A DNA stretch of 64,000 nt from Hydrolagus affinis. Lineage: Eukaryota. The DNA lies in the NCBI GenBank assembly GCA_012026655.1, contig JAAILG010000138.1, positions 62,001 through 126,000 of the forward strand, read 5' to 3'. This document shows, piece by piece, positions 12,475 to 26,394 of the stretch (position 1 is the stretch's first letter; every line of letters begins with the position of its first letter). The notes beneath the pieces were generated by a model. It did no database searches. It was given only the letters and a program-made list of their open reading frames with translations, and was not told the origin of the DNA. The translations under genes and the position numbers were made by a program.

Positions 12475-14289
12475 TGATCTGAGTTCTTTGCATACCTGCT
12501 GAACACAGAGGTATAAGCAATCCCATGGAGCTATCTATGTCTCCTCATCTGGCTGTTTACAGTGAAATGTTTACAGTGGTTAAGACTATTTGCCCACTTG
12601 ATCTCCTCCTTCCAGAACACCAATCCTGCTCTCTTGCCATCAGAGAAACAAACTGCTGTTTTGAATAAGTGTACCTGCATGATTGAGGCCACTGTGGGTT
12701 TTGACATGAAAGGCAGTGTAATTTTGTTGGTGTTGTTAAAATACTGATTTACGTACAAATAGAAAACTTCTAGGATAGATGGAGCTTTATTCGAAACATA
12801 ACTGGAGAGAACCAAACCAGTCAGTTAACTGGCTATCATCCCGGATCTGTGTGCAACACAATCAGATAAATTGCAATGAAAAAGTTACCATTTTCAACCT
12901 TGGCATCTCTGCTGATTGATGATTTCAATCTCATCGTTGTTGATGTAGCAGAGAACACATAATCCTTTTCAACAGCATTTTAATGAGTCAAATGTGTTTT
13001 CGAGAGGTCTCGATACTGAAGTTTTGTTTTCTGCAAGCTTTGCGATTTAATGCTCAAAAGAATTTTGCAAACTCTTAGATGCAGAAACAGCTGGTGACTA
13101 TTTAATTTTATTTCAAGTTTTTTTTAGTAGCTTTATAAACTTGTGACTAGTTCATTGTTCATGACATTTCGAAGCATGAATTTGAAACGATTTAACATAA
13201 CTAATTTTTCTTTTGCTTCCATTTATTAAAAAAAGATTTCATGGTTTTGTTCTGTGCCTCAGTCACGATCTTCAATAACTATCTCTTACTCCATTAGACA
13301 GAATCCACCAGGTTTAATAAAATCTTAAAAATGTTCCAACAATCATTCACATACCTGTAGCATTCAGTCGATTGCATAAAAAGCCCCAACATGTGAAAAG
13401 GCTGATTGTTTGTTGAGCAAAATATTTAATCATTTGTGTCCTCTTAACCAATGGTACAGCATTTCCACCTTAACGAAGGCACACTTGACAAGAGAAGTTT
13501 ATGCATTCCCCCAGAGGGGTCTTGTAATCACTTTGTCAATCTGGAGATCAATGCCCTTGAGTAGTATCCTACAATCATCATTTTGTTTTGTCACCCACAC
13601 ATGGAAACTCGTCATCGTGCTCAATGGTGTCCAAACCAGGAGGAGAGTTCCACGCATGCATATCACCAACAAATCAAATTTACCCTCACCTAGAATGGCG
13701 TGTGCTCTGCACTCTTTCTGCAGAGGTACACACCAGTTTCGGTTCATTTTGCACAGACTGGCAGACATGGGCATCCCTTTGGGACACTGCTAGAGTTGAA
13801 CCAGCTAGAGCTGGCTCCTCTCTGTCATCAACAGTGCCTTGGAGTGCTGCACGACCCACTTGGCTCAGGAACTGAACTACTGAGGCTGACACTTGTGTTA
13901 TTTTTATGATTAAAATGTAACCAAACTCAGACCTACTGTTAAAATAGTTGTATAACATTTCAAAACTCAAACCATTTAAAAAAAATGTTTTATTGAGTTC
14001 ACTTTTCATCTTCAAAAAAGGTTAAACAGTGACAGAACGCGAACCGTATTCCATAGAGACACAATTTCAGTGCAAGAAAAGTCAACACATGTGCCATTGA
14101 TAGTTTATGAATTTCTGTTTGTTGTTGGTACTGCTGCATAGCACTATTGAAGAGATCTGGTGTTTTACATCAAGTAAAGATCTTCAATGCGGCTTGATAT
14201 CAACTGTAGGCTCAGTGAGTGTAACTTTGTATGTCTATTATGACATGCCGATCTTGAGCTGTCATGTATTCCTGAGCATATTACCATCT

Positions 14290-14481
14290 GTGCACCACGA
14301 GTTTCCAAAATAAAATGAGCCATTTGTTTCACGGGACATTGCTGTGCGCAAATTGGCTGCCGAGTTTGTCCGCAAAACAACCACAGTCACTACACTTTAC
14401 AGTATATCCTGGGAAATGCTTTGAGATGTCCTCCCTATGTGAAAGACATTTTATTATTAGTAGTATTATTATTATTGTTGT
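14290..14481 (+). mobile_element. SINE 3' half (shared Deu/short-SINE tail)
   Basis: gggacattgctgtgcgcaaattggctgccgagtttgtccgcaaaac..cagtcactacactttacagtatatcc..tttgagatgtc..gtgaaag..(ATT)n. Confidence 0.8.
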
Positions 14482-16940
14482 TAATATTGCAAAGGGAATA
14501 TTCTCCGGGCACTGCAAGGGTTAACACTCTGTTGGCACGTGGAAAAAATAGAACAATTACTTTTAACATTATTCCATCAGGGCATTTATTATGTGAACTG
14601 TCACTGAAACTTTTTCACTCAAGCAAATTTTGGGGGAGCTCAAAGATCTCAACTGATTCAATGAATAATTTAGTTTTACTTTGCTAAATAGGAATTGATC
14701 TTCCTTCAGTAGTTCACTACATAATAAAATGAAAATAAACCTCATCCTGGTTGAGGCACCGCCAATCAATCACTGACTCAAAACATGAAGACAATGGAAC
14801 AGGAGTGAGGAACTAAAAGATGAAAGACAAGGATCAGCTGTAATGTCATATTTGAATTTCTATGACACTGAATTATTTTCCCAGCAGGTCAAAAAGTAAA
14901 CCATTGCAGGTTTCTCGTTTACTCTACTCTAGATAGGACGATACGTTACATCTGGGTGAATTGCACCTGGATAGGATTATAGACCAATATCTGAGTGAGC
15001 AAGGCAGAGATAGGTTTCAACCAAAACATTTTTGTGCGATTGAAATCAGATCATTGAAAGCCGGCAGAGCATCTTATTAAATCAGCCCGCAAAGTATTTT
15101 TAAAAAATCATTTCTCGTCACTTCTCCTACTGCTGACGTTGACACCGTGGGCAAGGATGAGAATGTTGGTCTATTTGGGAGCAAATGAAAGTGATGCTGC
15201 AGCAATCATTTAAAAAAAAACATAATGGTTGTAAGTATATTGTTGATTTTAAATAGCAAAAAAAATCTGTTGCTTTAAATATCATACAATTCTGCTTACT
15301 CCATTATTTACTATCATTCAACTTTTCTGCAATTCAGCAAAAGTAGAGCATTCACAACCCAGTGTTTTATAATCTGATGAGGAAGCGACTCTGGTTTTGG
15401 CTTTGATGGCTTTTTTGGTTAATTGTGGAAATGTCTCGCCTATAAATTAGACTTCAGTTATTGTCGTGTCTTGCCATCGCATAGACAAATGAAAAAAGGC
15501 ACTTAAGAATCTTTACAGTATGATAAAATCCTCTCAGTAATATATTTGGATTTATTAACTGAGATAAATGTAAAGAAGACAACATTTGGGATTATGTATA
15601 TGATGCATGACTCTGAATAATCAGTGCACCTTGTGTTTAGTGATGAATATATACTGCTTTTTATGTTATTACTAAATTGAAGTTTGACAGTTTTATGAGC
15701 AAACATCTAGCTCTGTGGTAAAAATACAGTTTGTAACAATGCCAAACTTGCTGCAATCCTGGGTCATTCATTACACTGACTATTTATTACACTTGTGCTT
15801 CAGCAATGAAAATGTCATATTAAAAGAATGGTTCACAATCCCCTAAGGCTTTTTGCTGACAATCACAAGTAGTTTTAGAACATAATTAAAATATTTTAAG
15901 GTAGAGGGCTTACATTTTTTTGAAAGAAAGAAAGATTGACTGAAACGATCAAGCCATAAGTAACACACTTCCTTCATGTCACTGTTCTCTAGATTTAGAT
16001 TCCAGCTGCTGGTGTTTTGAAGCTATGCACCGCACAGTGTGATAAATGCTATCACTCGGTGGATCATCTCACCGCAGGGAATGAGTGACACTCTATCCGT
16101 CTTACTCTGTGCACTGGGAGCACTGCTAATGGAAGGTGTGTAGCTGTTGTAAGCCATTTACAAAGCCAGATTGCGTTGTTTGTATCAGGAGGATTCAAAG
16201 TGAATGAACTCTCAAAGCATTTCCATCGCACTGCCCTTTCCTTCACTGCATTAAGTAGTATTGAATTACCATCCAAAACATGGCAGTGGAAAGTGGCAGG
16301 AATATTGTCATCACGCCAGCTAAACTGAAGTCTCTTTTCGATTTATTTTGTTGGCTGACCAAAAAGATTGGCCACCACCGTGCTGGAGTTTGTAAGAATA
16401 GTTTGACGCAATCGCGCATAAATGGTTAACTGCAAAAATCAAAATGAATTAGCACATCTGGACCTAAATGTGATAAAAAGCTGCAGGTTTTATCAATCCA
16501 TAATGACATCCCTCGTACCGATAGACGGCTGTCTAGGTCTATGAAGTCTGTGGCATGCTGTTAATTGTAACTGAGACGCTGGCTCATTCCGAAACTCTGG
16601 GTTTTCCGGGATATTTGATTCTTTGTGGATTTCCTTCTCCTGTTGGGCTGCTATTTTTTCACGGGCCATTGGTTCTCACATCAAATTTCCACATCTGATA
16701 TTCAGGAATACAGCACTCAGTAACACCAGAATCATCAGTAACACATGGCTGAGAATTCTGCATATCTACCGATTTCTGGTCTATCCTTATCTGCTTAATC
16801 TCGTTTCATTGCAATCTAATTTTCAAAATTAAATTACATTTACAAACGGTGATTTTAAAATTAATTCAAGGTGGAGTGAAAAGGTTTCTTTATTACATTG
16901 CAGAGTCTTCCTATTGATATCAGATCCAATTTGGGCATGC

Positions 16941-16984
16941 AAATATATTATATATATATATAAAATATATGTATATATATAAAA
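16941..16984. repeat. Imperfect (TA)n microsatellite
   Basis: aaatatattatatatatatataaaatatatgtatatatataaaa. Confidence 0.85.
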
Positions 16985-17487
16985 GTTCTTATCACCTTAA
17001 AACTTTAGCAGCAATAAAGTTCAGCAGCAGTCTTTTTTTTGGCCCCACCATTGACTAATGCAATCACCTGGAAGAAAAGATTAAGAGTTAACATCCCCGT
17101 TTCAATGCTTGTGATTCATTAAATTTTATCTCCGGCCAAAGCATTTCAGTTATCTCTGCTGCAGCTACTGTATTAAGACTGATCGACTAATTTGCAAGTT
17201 CTCAATTGTGAGCTTGGATTCCCAATATCTCTTCCATTCAAGATAAAGAAGGGACGACATAGGTAGGAAGGAGGCAGCAACTGATCTCAAGAATTCCTTC
17301 CCCATCTCCCTCCTCAGGTTTTTGCCTCTGTGTAGCAGTGTCTTCCAAACTAATTTAAACTCTGCACACAAATTTGATTTTCCTACTGACTCCAATTTCA
17401 CTGCTGATTCTAAATGTGAAGTTTCGGTTTGTTCCCAAAATCAATGCATAAAGACAACTTGGACTCACTATAATGTTAATTTGTGGA

Positions 17488-17800
17488 GTCCTGTAACTCA
17501 GTGGTTAGATTCACTCACCTTGTAGGCAAGAGACCTAGATTCGATTCCTGACAGGGTGAAACTTTGGGCAGTAACCTTCCTTACTCCACATGCCTGACAA
17601 TAATCCCTCCAAAAAATTAATCCATTGGTCATTTCAATCCACGACTGTTTGTGAGACCCGTTTGTGTGCAATTAGCTGCCACATTTTGCACCCAAATATA
17701 TACAGTCAATTCACTTTACAATATATTCTGTGAAGCACTTCAAGATGTCTAGAAGACATGAACAGCACTATATCAAATGCAAGAATTATTATTCTTATTA
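17488..17800 (+). mobile_element. tRNA-derived SINE, short family, full length
   Basis: gtcctgtaactcagtggttag...gattcgattcc...cactatatcaaatgcaagaattattatt; colinear with 10068-10390. Confidence 0.92.
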
Positions 17801-19039
17801 ATATAAACATATAATAGGTCAATGGAAAGGAAACCAAAGTCTACAGCTCGACCCTGTCATCTCCACATTTTAAATAAAGCCATTGAATCCAATTAATAAA
17901 ATACTGGTGCCATCCTCACTGTTTATGGCATAGTGCAACATTGGCAGTATGCGAGTGCTAAATGTGGACATCTAAACATCCAGAGCCAGTACAAGCAAGT
18001 TAGCTCTTGCCATTTACCATATCAGTGCCATTATTGAATTCCTGAGTTTAACTTGACTGTGCATCATAGAATATTTAAGATCAGTAAATTGAACAGAAGT
18101 TCCTTAGTAGGAAGATCACCAAAGCAAAATTAGAAATCCTATGGAGCTTTGTGTTCTAAAATGATTTGATTTTTCGCTCCAAATAGCTTTGTACAGTCAA
18201 GTTAGTCCCAGTCTCTTCATTTCCATCTATTTTCAAAATGTAAGTTTTTGTTTTACTGTCTAAGAGAATTTCCCCCACTCCCCCTCGCAACCCACCCTCC
18301 CCACCTCCCCGCACCCCCCTCATGCCTTCAAATGTAAAGCTATTCTTTTACTAGGATATGTAGTGTTCAGCAGAATGTGATCCTCTCCCGCACAGCTAGA
18401 TCGCAGATTAAATGGTCAGATCACATTAAACTTTGATTAATCAAGTTGCCAAAGTCCTTCCTCTGTTGCTTTTCTAAAGAATGCATTGCAAGAAATGTTT
18501 CGTTCTCCGAACAGATCGGGCTGCATGAGAGGAAAACCAGGCGAAGTCGGGAATATTTTGTCTCCAGAGATAACCACGGAGCTCCTGTCTTTTATATAAT
18601 GACTAATGAATCTATCTGCAGTAGAAGCAGAATTCGTGGAATTTCCATTCATCTCCTGACTATCACTTAATTTTAACTCAATGTTTATAACCACTGAGCT
18701 CGTGTTGATTCCATGTATCTCCTTTGACAAAGTTCCACAAAAGAAGTGGTGACAGTTCCATTTACTCTCCTAATAAAATAGTAAAATCAATGTGGTGTGT
18801 AGTGAAAGGCGTCCTCCTGACGTGAAAGGCACTCTATAAATGTAATTTTGCTGTTTGTTGTTGAAGTACAGAGAAGGTTTGGAATAAGTCACTCAGTGTT
18901 TGGCTGATGTGTGTTTTTTGATGACATGTTTAAAAATTCACTTACTATTTAAATATTTTGCAGTTCATTAAGCAACTTAATATTTTCCTAATTTTCTGAC
19001 GCATACACATTGTTTAGGAGAACTTTTTGCCCCTACAAT

Positions 19040-19511
19040 TGGCTTGGCTCAGTTGAGTTACCTTGGCTCGGAGGCAGTGGTAGTATTTTAGTGTCAACCT
19101 ATACTTCTCACAAGCTAGGTTGACAGTGAAACACAGTGCTGCTGGTGGGAGTGGTGGTAGAGTGAGGTGGGGGGGAGGTAAGCGAGTGCTGTATTGTTGG
19201 AAGTGTCATCCTTTCAGATGAGAGATTAACCGAGTTTGCTTGTTTAGGCAGACGTTAACAATTCCATGACACAGCGAAAAAGGTTTCTCTCTTTCTCCCT
19301 GTTTCTTGCCAACAATCCCTTCTGAGATAACAAATAGATCATATACTTCATGCCTGTTGGTGGGACATTGCTGTGCATGAATTGATAGCCCCATTCACTT
19401 ACAAAATACACCGTCACTGCGCTGTACAGTAAATCTGTGAAGCGCTTTTAGATGTCCTCGCAACTTGAAAGGTGTTCTACCAAATGCAAGGATAATTTAT
19501 TATGATGATGA
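19040..19511 (+). mobile_element. Deu-domain SINE (SacSINE1-like), near full length, old
   Basis: tggctcagttg head; gagtgctgtattgttggaagtgtcatcctttcagatgagagattaaccgag matches the recalled Deu core (gagtgctgcactgtcggaggtgccgtctttcggatgagacgttaaaccgag); ends caaatgcaaggataattt. Confidence 0.75.
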
Positions 19512-19577
19512 GGCCTCTCACTCCAAACTTCAGTTTTTTTAGGCATCGGCTGCCCTCTGGTAATGCATCTAAATGGA

Positions 19578-19886
19578 ATACTATAGCTCAATGGTGAGAG
19601 CGCTTGCCTGATAAATGAGAGATCTGGGTTCAATTCCAGGCAGGGTGAAACCATGGGCAAGTTTCCTTACTCCACAAGCCTAATATATAATCCCTCAAAA
19701 AAAATTAATAAATTGGTCATTTGAATTCACAACTGTTTGTGGGACACTGCTGTGCGCAATTGGCCGCCATGTTGCGCCTACATATATACAGTCAACTCAC
19801 TTTACAGCATACTGTGTTATGTGAAGTGCTTTAAGACATCTAGAAGATGTGATAAGAGCCATATCAAATACAAGGATTGCTATCAT
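19578..19886 (+). mobile_element. tRNA-derived SINE, short family, full length
   Basis: ctatagctcaatggtgagagc..gggttcaattccaggcagggtgaaacc..atatcaaatacaaggattg. Confidence 0.92.
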
Positions 19887-22800
19887 AAATGTGAACTCTT
19901 ACCATAAGTGTCAGCAAGCACCTTTGAGATAGGCAGAATCAAACAAACCTGTGATAGTGCCAATGTTTTCCCAGTTACCATCCAGCTCAAAACGGATCAG
20001 GGGTGGTATCTGGATATGTATTGGCCCACGTTAACACAGGGCAGCAGCGACAGTGAGTTATTGGGGTTGACAATTCAGATATACGTCTACTGATTTTGAA
20101 AACATCGCCGACAACATTACAGGAGCTCTGTGTAATATTAATTAAAAATTTCATTGCAGCAGGAATCGCCGGTTAAGCCTATAGTGGCACTGATGATAAA
20201 CTTCAGAGGTTCTGTCCTCCCATCTGGCATATATGACTTTGAAGCGAGACCCTTTGTAGTAGAAAAAAGGAGAGGAGGGAGTCTGTGCTTCACCTTCCCT
20301 TTCATATTCTCACGTTAATTTGCTTCATAAGATGGGTCCATTTGGATGATTAATTTTTGTCGGGTGGCTTGGAAACCAAAGTAGTGAGCACCTGCTTCCT
20401 ATCCAGATGGCAAAGAGTCTGTTTGCCAGAGCTACTTGTGACTGCTGCGAGTGTGAGGCTCTGCTTCATTTCCCATGGGTAGGTGGTAAGAGGGATTTGG
20501 CGTTTGTGCAAGAGTGACCCTCAGTCCGGTGATTGTCTAGGAATCACTTGGTTTGCGATAAAACTCAGCCCACGCGTCCCACTGCTTGTAGCCCAGAGTG
20601 CTATCTTTGACAGTGAGAAAAGAGGCAGAAATAATGAATCGAGGTAGGCATAATGTTTAAAACATTTATTTCATTAATCTTGCATAATTTTTGGTAACAT
20701 TCCAGCTTCTCTTTCTGCAATCCAATAAAGTATATTAAATTATAATTTATATCCACGAATCAATGTTGGAATTTTTTACAACTCGCTTCAGTGAACTTAC
20801 ATGTGCATTATATCCAAGACTAACATCAAGCAGACTCCTTTGACTTCGATAACATCAATTAGCTGTCCAGCTTTCCTCACCCTATCTCATTCAGTTGCCG
20901 CATGTCATTGGCAGGTACATTTAAATGCTGGTATGTGCTGAGCAGCTCAGCAATCAGTGACTACAGAAATTACTCACGTCGTCTGCTTTGGGCCAACTAG
21001 CAGTGAGGATTAAGAAAAGTCCAGAGAAAGAATTCATTCAATAAAGACAAGTAGCCTGAATTTTTGATATATGGCCATGTTATGGAAAGTGTTCTTCGTC
21101 ACTTATGTTTCAGACTCTCTAAACATGTAAATGCATTTCCATTAAGGAAAAGGTTAAGATCAAATGCAAAAAGCAGACTTAAGTGTGCGTTTTATTTTAC
21201 CAATCGTCTTTCCTCTTTCTCTCTTCTAAGCACTCGCTTTCTCTGAAGTATGGGTTCTGCATGCCCCAAACTCTGTGTACAGAGTGGTCAATGGGGTGCT
21301 GTTAGTGTAACTCTATGCTGCTGGTTGGCCTTCCAGCATTCAAAACCACTTATTGATGTCAAACATTAAGTGAGAGAAGTAAGGTGGGATATGGAGTGGG
21401 GAGGCAAACACCGTCATAAAATAAGACAAGAAAAGACTGACTGAGGAGTGAAATAAACAGATGTGAAAGAAATGCAGCTACTGCGGATTTCATTGTAGAT
21501 TTTGTTAACTCTGGTCTGTTGTGAATCATGATTTCGCACAACACATGGAAACTCATTTTGAATCAATTTCTCTTTAACCACCTTGAGGATAGACTTAAAA
21601 TGGATCCAGACAAAGCTTTTCACCCTGTCACGAAGAGGGCAGAATATTAAACAACCACAAGTCTATTGAAGCTCCTGATAGATAATGGAAAATTAATGGT
21701 CTTAGGGCTGGATAATTACAAAAGCATCAACATTCATCAGCCTCTTTATATTTTCAATTTATTTAGGCATAATAATTCAAACTAGTACAAAGACATTTTC
21801 TACCAGAGATTAAAAAAACCAGATTACCTAATTACCTAAAATAGAACAAAAAAATCACCTTGTGTACATCAACATTGACAACTAGGATCAAGCCAATGCA
21901 CCCTTTGCTGTCTACCTTATTTTCCACACAAAGGTCTGATCAGTTCAGATGAACAATCATTTATAGTACAAGTTAATCTATTTAATTAGCAAACCTCCAA
22001 CATCATGAGTTTAATTTTACTCCGATGGATGTCTTGTTTAGCAATTGACAAAGTATAGCATTTTTGGATAGTCAATAAGAGCCTGTGTATTGATGACCTA
22101 ATTCATATATTTTTTAAATTATATATGATACCCCCTTTGTGATGTGATCCCTGTTTGCTTTCGCCCACCACTCCTTCAAGAGGTCAGGAAGCTGCGGGTC
22201 ACAGCTTACACCGTTCTCACCACTTATGTCACTTTCTGATCAGCCAAAATGAGGTACATATCAGCAACTCCTCCTCTGACATGAAACAGTTTGCTGGTTG
22301 ATCCATCACGTCTCTTAACTGTCGCTTCAAAAAATTCACTCAGTGAGGATAAGATAGGTCAAATGTTAACTAAGGGTGGGATTCAAACTTCTGACCCTCT
22401 GGTTTGGAATCCAATGTTGTACATTACTTTGAAAGCTACTGGGCCTTTATTTCCATTTACGAAATGTTTAATGTATATCCCATTTAAAAAAATACATTTT
22501 TTTTGCTCCTCCACTTGTACAATAGAAAACCTCCTGACCTAGGGAGCAGGCAAACAGCATCCAGCATATTTAGAACTAAGAAATAAGTTAAAAAAAAGAG
22601 TGTATTGTGGAATCTTTGGTATTGTGATATGCAACTGATTCCGTGGACAGCTGAACAACAGAAGTGAGAGTGCAAAAATAATTTTCAATTATATAATGCC
22701 ATATAATGTAGAATGACCATTCGGAGAAAAGGAACAAGCTTCAATTGAGCCTACAGATGTGAAGAAACATTTTATTGTGCCATCATGTCATGGATATGCA

Positions 22801-23959
22801 GATTAGACATTTGACAAAGCACTTGATATTGTATTGATTAATCCTTCCAAAGAATAGTTGGTCAATATCTGTTGAGCACCAGGATCAGATATTCTGGCTT
22901 CAGTATAGACTAATATCACGAGTCCTGCCTAAGTCATGACGATTGATTGTTTCAGGGATGGAGTGGCAGCAGAGTAGAGCAGGTTTCAACATTGTAGGGA
23001 TTAATGGATGTTTTGCTCCAGTACATTTGGAGTTTATGCAGAACATTTCTTTCAGAGATGAAATGGTAAATGGGCGTGGTATTTCATGGTGAAATGGATT
23101 GTGCATGTTCTGTGGAAGTAGTGACCTTGATGTATTTTTTTCCTCATTTTCCTGCTGTGATGTATTTCTCCGATGTTCCAAATGCACAAGATTGATTCTG
23201 AGGAATGTTTGGACTGACAAAGATGGACTTTTGAAAAATACTCCATGATGCATGACTGCATTTTGAAGGGCAAGTCAATTCCTTACAAGTTAACAATCTG
23301 TTTAATACAAAATTATTATTTCAATTGTCTGGACTGTACATCTAGATCTAGCAACTGAATATTTTTTTTCATATAAAGGAACCACTGAAACTTTTTAAAT
23401 TAAGTAAATGAATTCTACCACAAAAGACATGTGAGACATAACAAAGACAGACTGTGTGACTCAGAGTTTATACCTGGTAAAATGTATTAGCTGGCACAAA
23501 ATTCAGTAAGTGAGAACTAACAATGTTACGCTAACAGAAATAGACACAATAGGCACAGAGAAAGACCTGTTATTTCCAATAACTGGATTGTAGTGCAATA
23601 CATATAAGTATATCCTAACACAATTCACATGTTCTCGTCCACTGAGTTTCGGATTACTGTGGGCTCCGAAGGTAGCACAGCGTTTAATCTGCCCTTGTTT
23701 CTCGTAGCGTACAAGTAAAGGGAGTGGAGTCTTGGAGGGAATGAACAGATGGAGTAATCTTTCACGTTTCCATAGCTGCAGTAGATTGTATTTCTTTGGC
23801 TTTCCCACTTCTACTGAGAGTATTGGTCAGAGTGTTGGGTTCTCTTTGTTCCTTGCCGTAAACCTCTCCGTCTCCTGACTCTGGGAGGACGGAACTCTAG
23901 AAAAGTGGAAGAGTTCAAGTCACACATTTAAGTTAACGCTTTCAATTGTTAAACCCAAA

Positions 23960-24400
23960 TTACATTGAATGATACGGCATAGAAATAGGCCCCACAGCTC
24001 AACTAGTCCAAGTTTTTTTAAACTTAGATTTATGCTCTATGCAACAACAATAACAACAACAAAATGACATTTATAGAGCGCCTTTCACGTCGGGAGGACA
24101 TCCCAAGACGCTGAAAGCTCCATCCCTCTTATTCTCGCTTATTTTTATGCAAGCCTCCATCCCTTGTATTCTCCTCTAATCTTGTCTTGCATTAAGCTTC
24201 CTCTTAAATACATTGATGCTTTTTACTTCGCTATTGCTTCTGGCAGCAAGTTTCATATTCCTTGTGGATCTGCTACAAGCTATCTCATATTTTTGCCCTC
24301 TGTTTTGGACAAGTGGAGACAGCCTACCAATGGCCACACTATCCAATCATTTACCATACTCAAAACTTTTAACACCTTTTCTTTGTATAAGATCACAATT
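23960..24400 (-). mobile_element. CR1 LINE 3' end, interrupted by an L2-type tail fragment (24040-24115)
   Basis: catagaaataggccc terminus; aagcttcctcttaaatacattgatgc..cttctggcagcaagtttcatattcc is the reverse complement of the CR1 region WN.LP..V....I..FK.KL. Inserted piece: caacaacaaaatgacatttatagagcgcctttcacgtcggg. Confidence 0.65.
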
Positions 24401-24854
24401 TATGTCTAAAAATAGTGTCACTTGCCTTTTACTAGAACATGCTCTATTATTTATACAAGCTTAACTGAAAGGTTAATGTGTACTGCAGTAGGTTAAATGA
24501 ATTCTATGTGTGTGTAAACAAAAGTCTTACAGTATTTGCCTGTAAAATGTTTGATTAATTTGCAATGCAAATTGTTTCCATTAGTGTAGACTGAAGCAAT
24601 GTTAACTGATTTGTGTTGCATTTTAGCATTCAAATGGACAATTCCCATGAAAACTGCAGGCAATAACATTTTGTATTTTTGGATTGATACAATTGGATTG
24701 TTTGCAATCAAATGCACACATGTAATACAAGTAGAAAACGTAGTTTGCCTGTAGATTAATAGTTCGCATTTCAGTGTCGTGTTTAAAACTGTACAACATT
24801 CCTTTCAGACAATTTTTCTCAAGGAGGATATTGTTTAGAGGTTTGTATTTATAG

Positions 24855-24952
24855 CATGTATTTACAGTACATTCTGAGAAGCGCTTTGAGATGTCTTCAA
24901 GATGTGATAAGGTGCTATATCAAATGCAAGAATTGTCATCATTACTATTATT
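24855..24952 (+). mobile_element. Short-family SINE 3' fragment
   Basis: tttacagtacattctgagaagcgctttgagatgtc..gtgctatatcaaatgcaagaattg. Confidence 0.85.
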
Positions 24953-25089
24953 GATAAGGTGCTGAATGGCAAAATGCAGCCATTGGGATTCAAATCCTGA
25001 ATCTTCAGGTACATGACCAACTGAGCTACCGATGATATTATTTCTAATAGAGGGTACACACAATGCTATTCTATTAGAGAGCATGTCAA

Positions 25090-25290
25090 TAACGATTTCT
25101 GATGAGGGCTATGCTCTGATGTGATTCACCATGGTAATTAACTTGATAACTCACCGTTTGGACTCACAGTTGAAGAATGGTCACTTAGGTAAGGTATAAG
25201 AGGCTAGCTAATGTTCATTGGCCCATATCCAAACATGAGTCGGTGCCTGCTGAAAGGACGAGTACAGAGAATTGGAGAGGGCAAAAATAC
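25090..25290 (+). mobile_element. Ancient SINE 3' part (AmnSINE2/UCON3-like)
   Basis: gactcacagttgaagaatggtcacttaggtaaggta..catgagtcggtgcc..gagaattgg, with homologues at 42600-42730 and 59250-59420. Family name is from memory. Confidence 0.5.
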
Positions 25291-26127
25291 ATTCTGCCTG
25301 CATTAATTACTGTTTCAGAACATTTGAGACGGGGAATGTGCAATCATGTAGGTCACTGACCTACAAAGACGGGGATTTTGCTCTGAACATAAATCTTAAA
25401 ACGTCCAAATATTTTGATCCCTAAAAAGTGAGAGGCTGAAATTGCAATTTCAAATTCACACACGGTTTGCATAAGCAACTGAGCAAAGGAGAGTCAACTG
25501 GCATCTGTTCCTGTACATATCATTTTGTTTCACAGCTCTGTTGACCTACTCTAATTTCCACAGTCATGTTGACTTTGAGTGCAATGTTCTTTGAACCTAC
25601 TCTTTGCTATAGATCTGGAGAAACGAGATGACCTCCAAATCACCTGTTATCGTGAAAATATGTTGAAAATGTGTATGAAAGGCACATAAGTGGGACAACA
25701 GACTCAACATTTGATTCACTTGAGATAATGATGTTCACGACAGATTTTCAGACCTCCAAATCACAGAGGATCAGTAGTGAAATTATCTTTCAGTTACTTG
25801 AAATAGAAAATCTCTTGTCTCTCATCAGACATGATGAATTCCAAATTGCTATAAGACCTTTAAACTGAAGTTAGCTGGATCAGATATTAAAGTATTTATA
25901 CCATACCCTCATTCTGCAGTAATAAAATGAGAGCCAAATGAAGGATAGGCTGATCTTCCGTGAAAGCTATTTTATCTGTTGGATAAAATAGCTTTTATGG
26001 AAGATCAGTCTATGCTGATCCACAGTTACAAACTGCTCCGAGTAAAAGGATTAAGTGAAAAAACAAATCGTTGTACACTTTGGGTCATTCAAGGAAAGTC
26101 TGTGCTCATCAAGAGAGGAAACATAAC

Positions 26128-26233
26128 AATAATCCTTGCATTTGATATAGCGCCTTTTCACGTCTTCAAGATGTTTCAAAGCTCTTCACAGAATATACTG
26201 TAAAGTGAATTGACTGTATATTTTCTGTCCGAA
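26128..26233 (-). mobile_element. Short-family SINE 3' fragment
   Basis: aataatccttgcatttgatatagcgccttttcacgtcttcaagatg..gtaaagtgaattgactgtatattt. Confidence 0.88.
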
Positions 26234-26394
26234 AGTATATTAAGATTGGGAATGAATTCTCCCCATGGCTCACACCTAGTATGAAAATTCTGGACAAAAG
26301 GATAAAGCCTGCATTCGAGTATGTCTGCATCCGAGCTCACAAGATTGTATCCGACTGAATAGGATATAAATTGATGACATTGTGGGCAGTTTGT

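Noticed and set aside
13410-14015. Cluster of five overlapping ORFs
   Set aside because: No recognisable domain; explained by locally higher GC in a probable old repeat.
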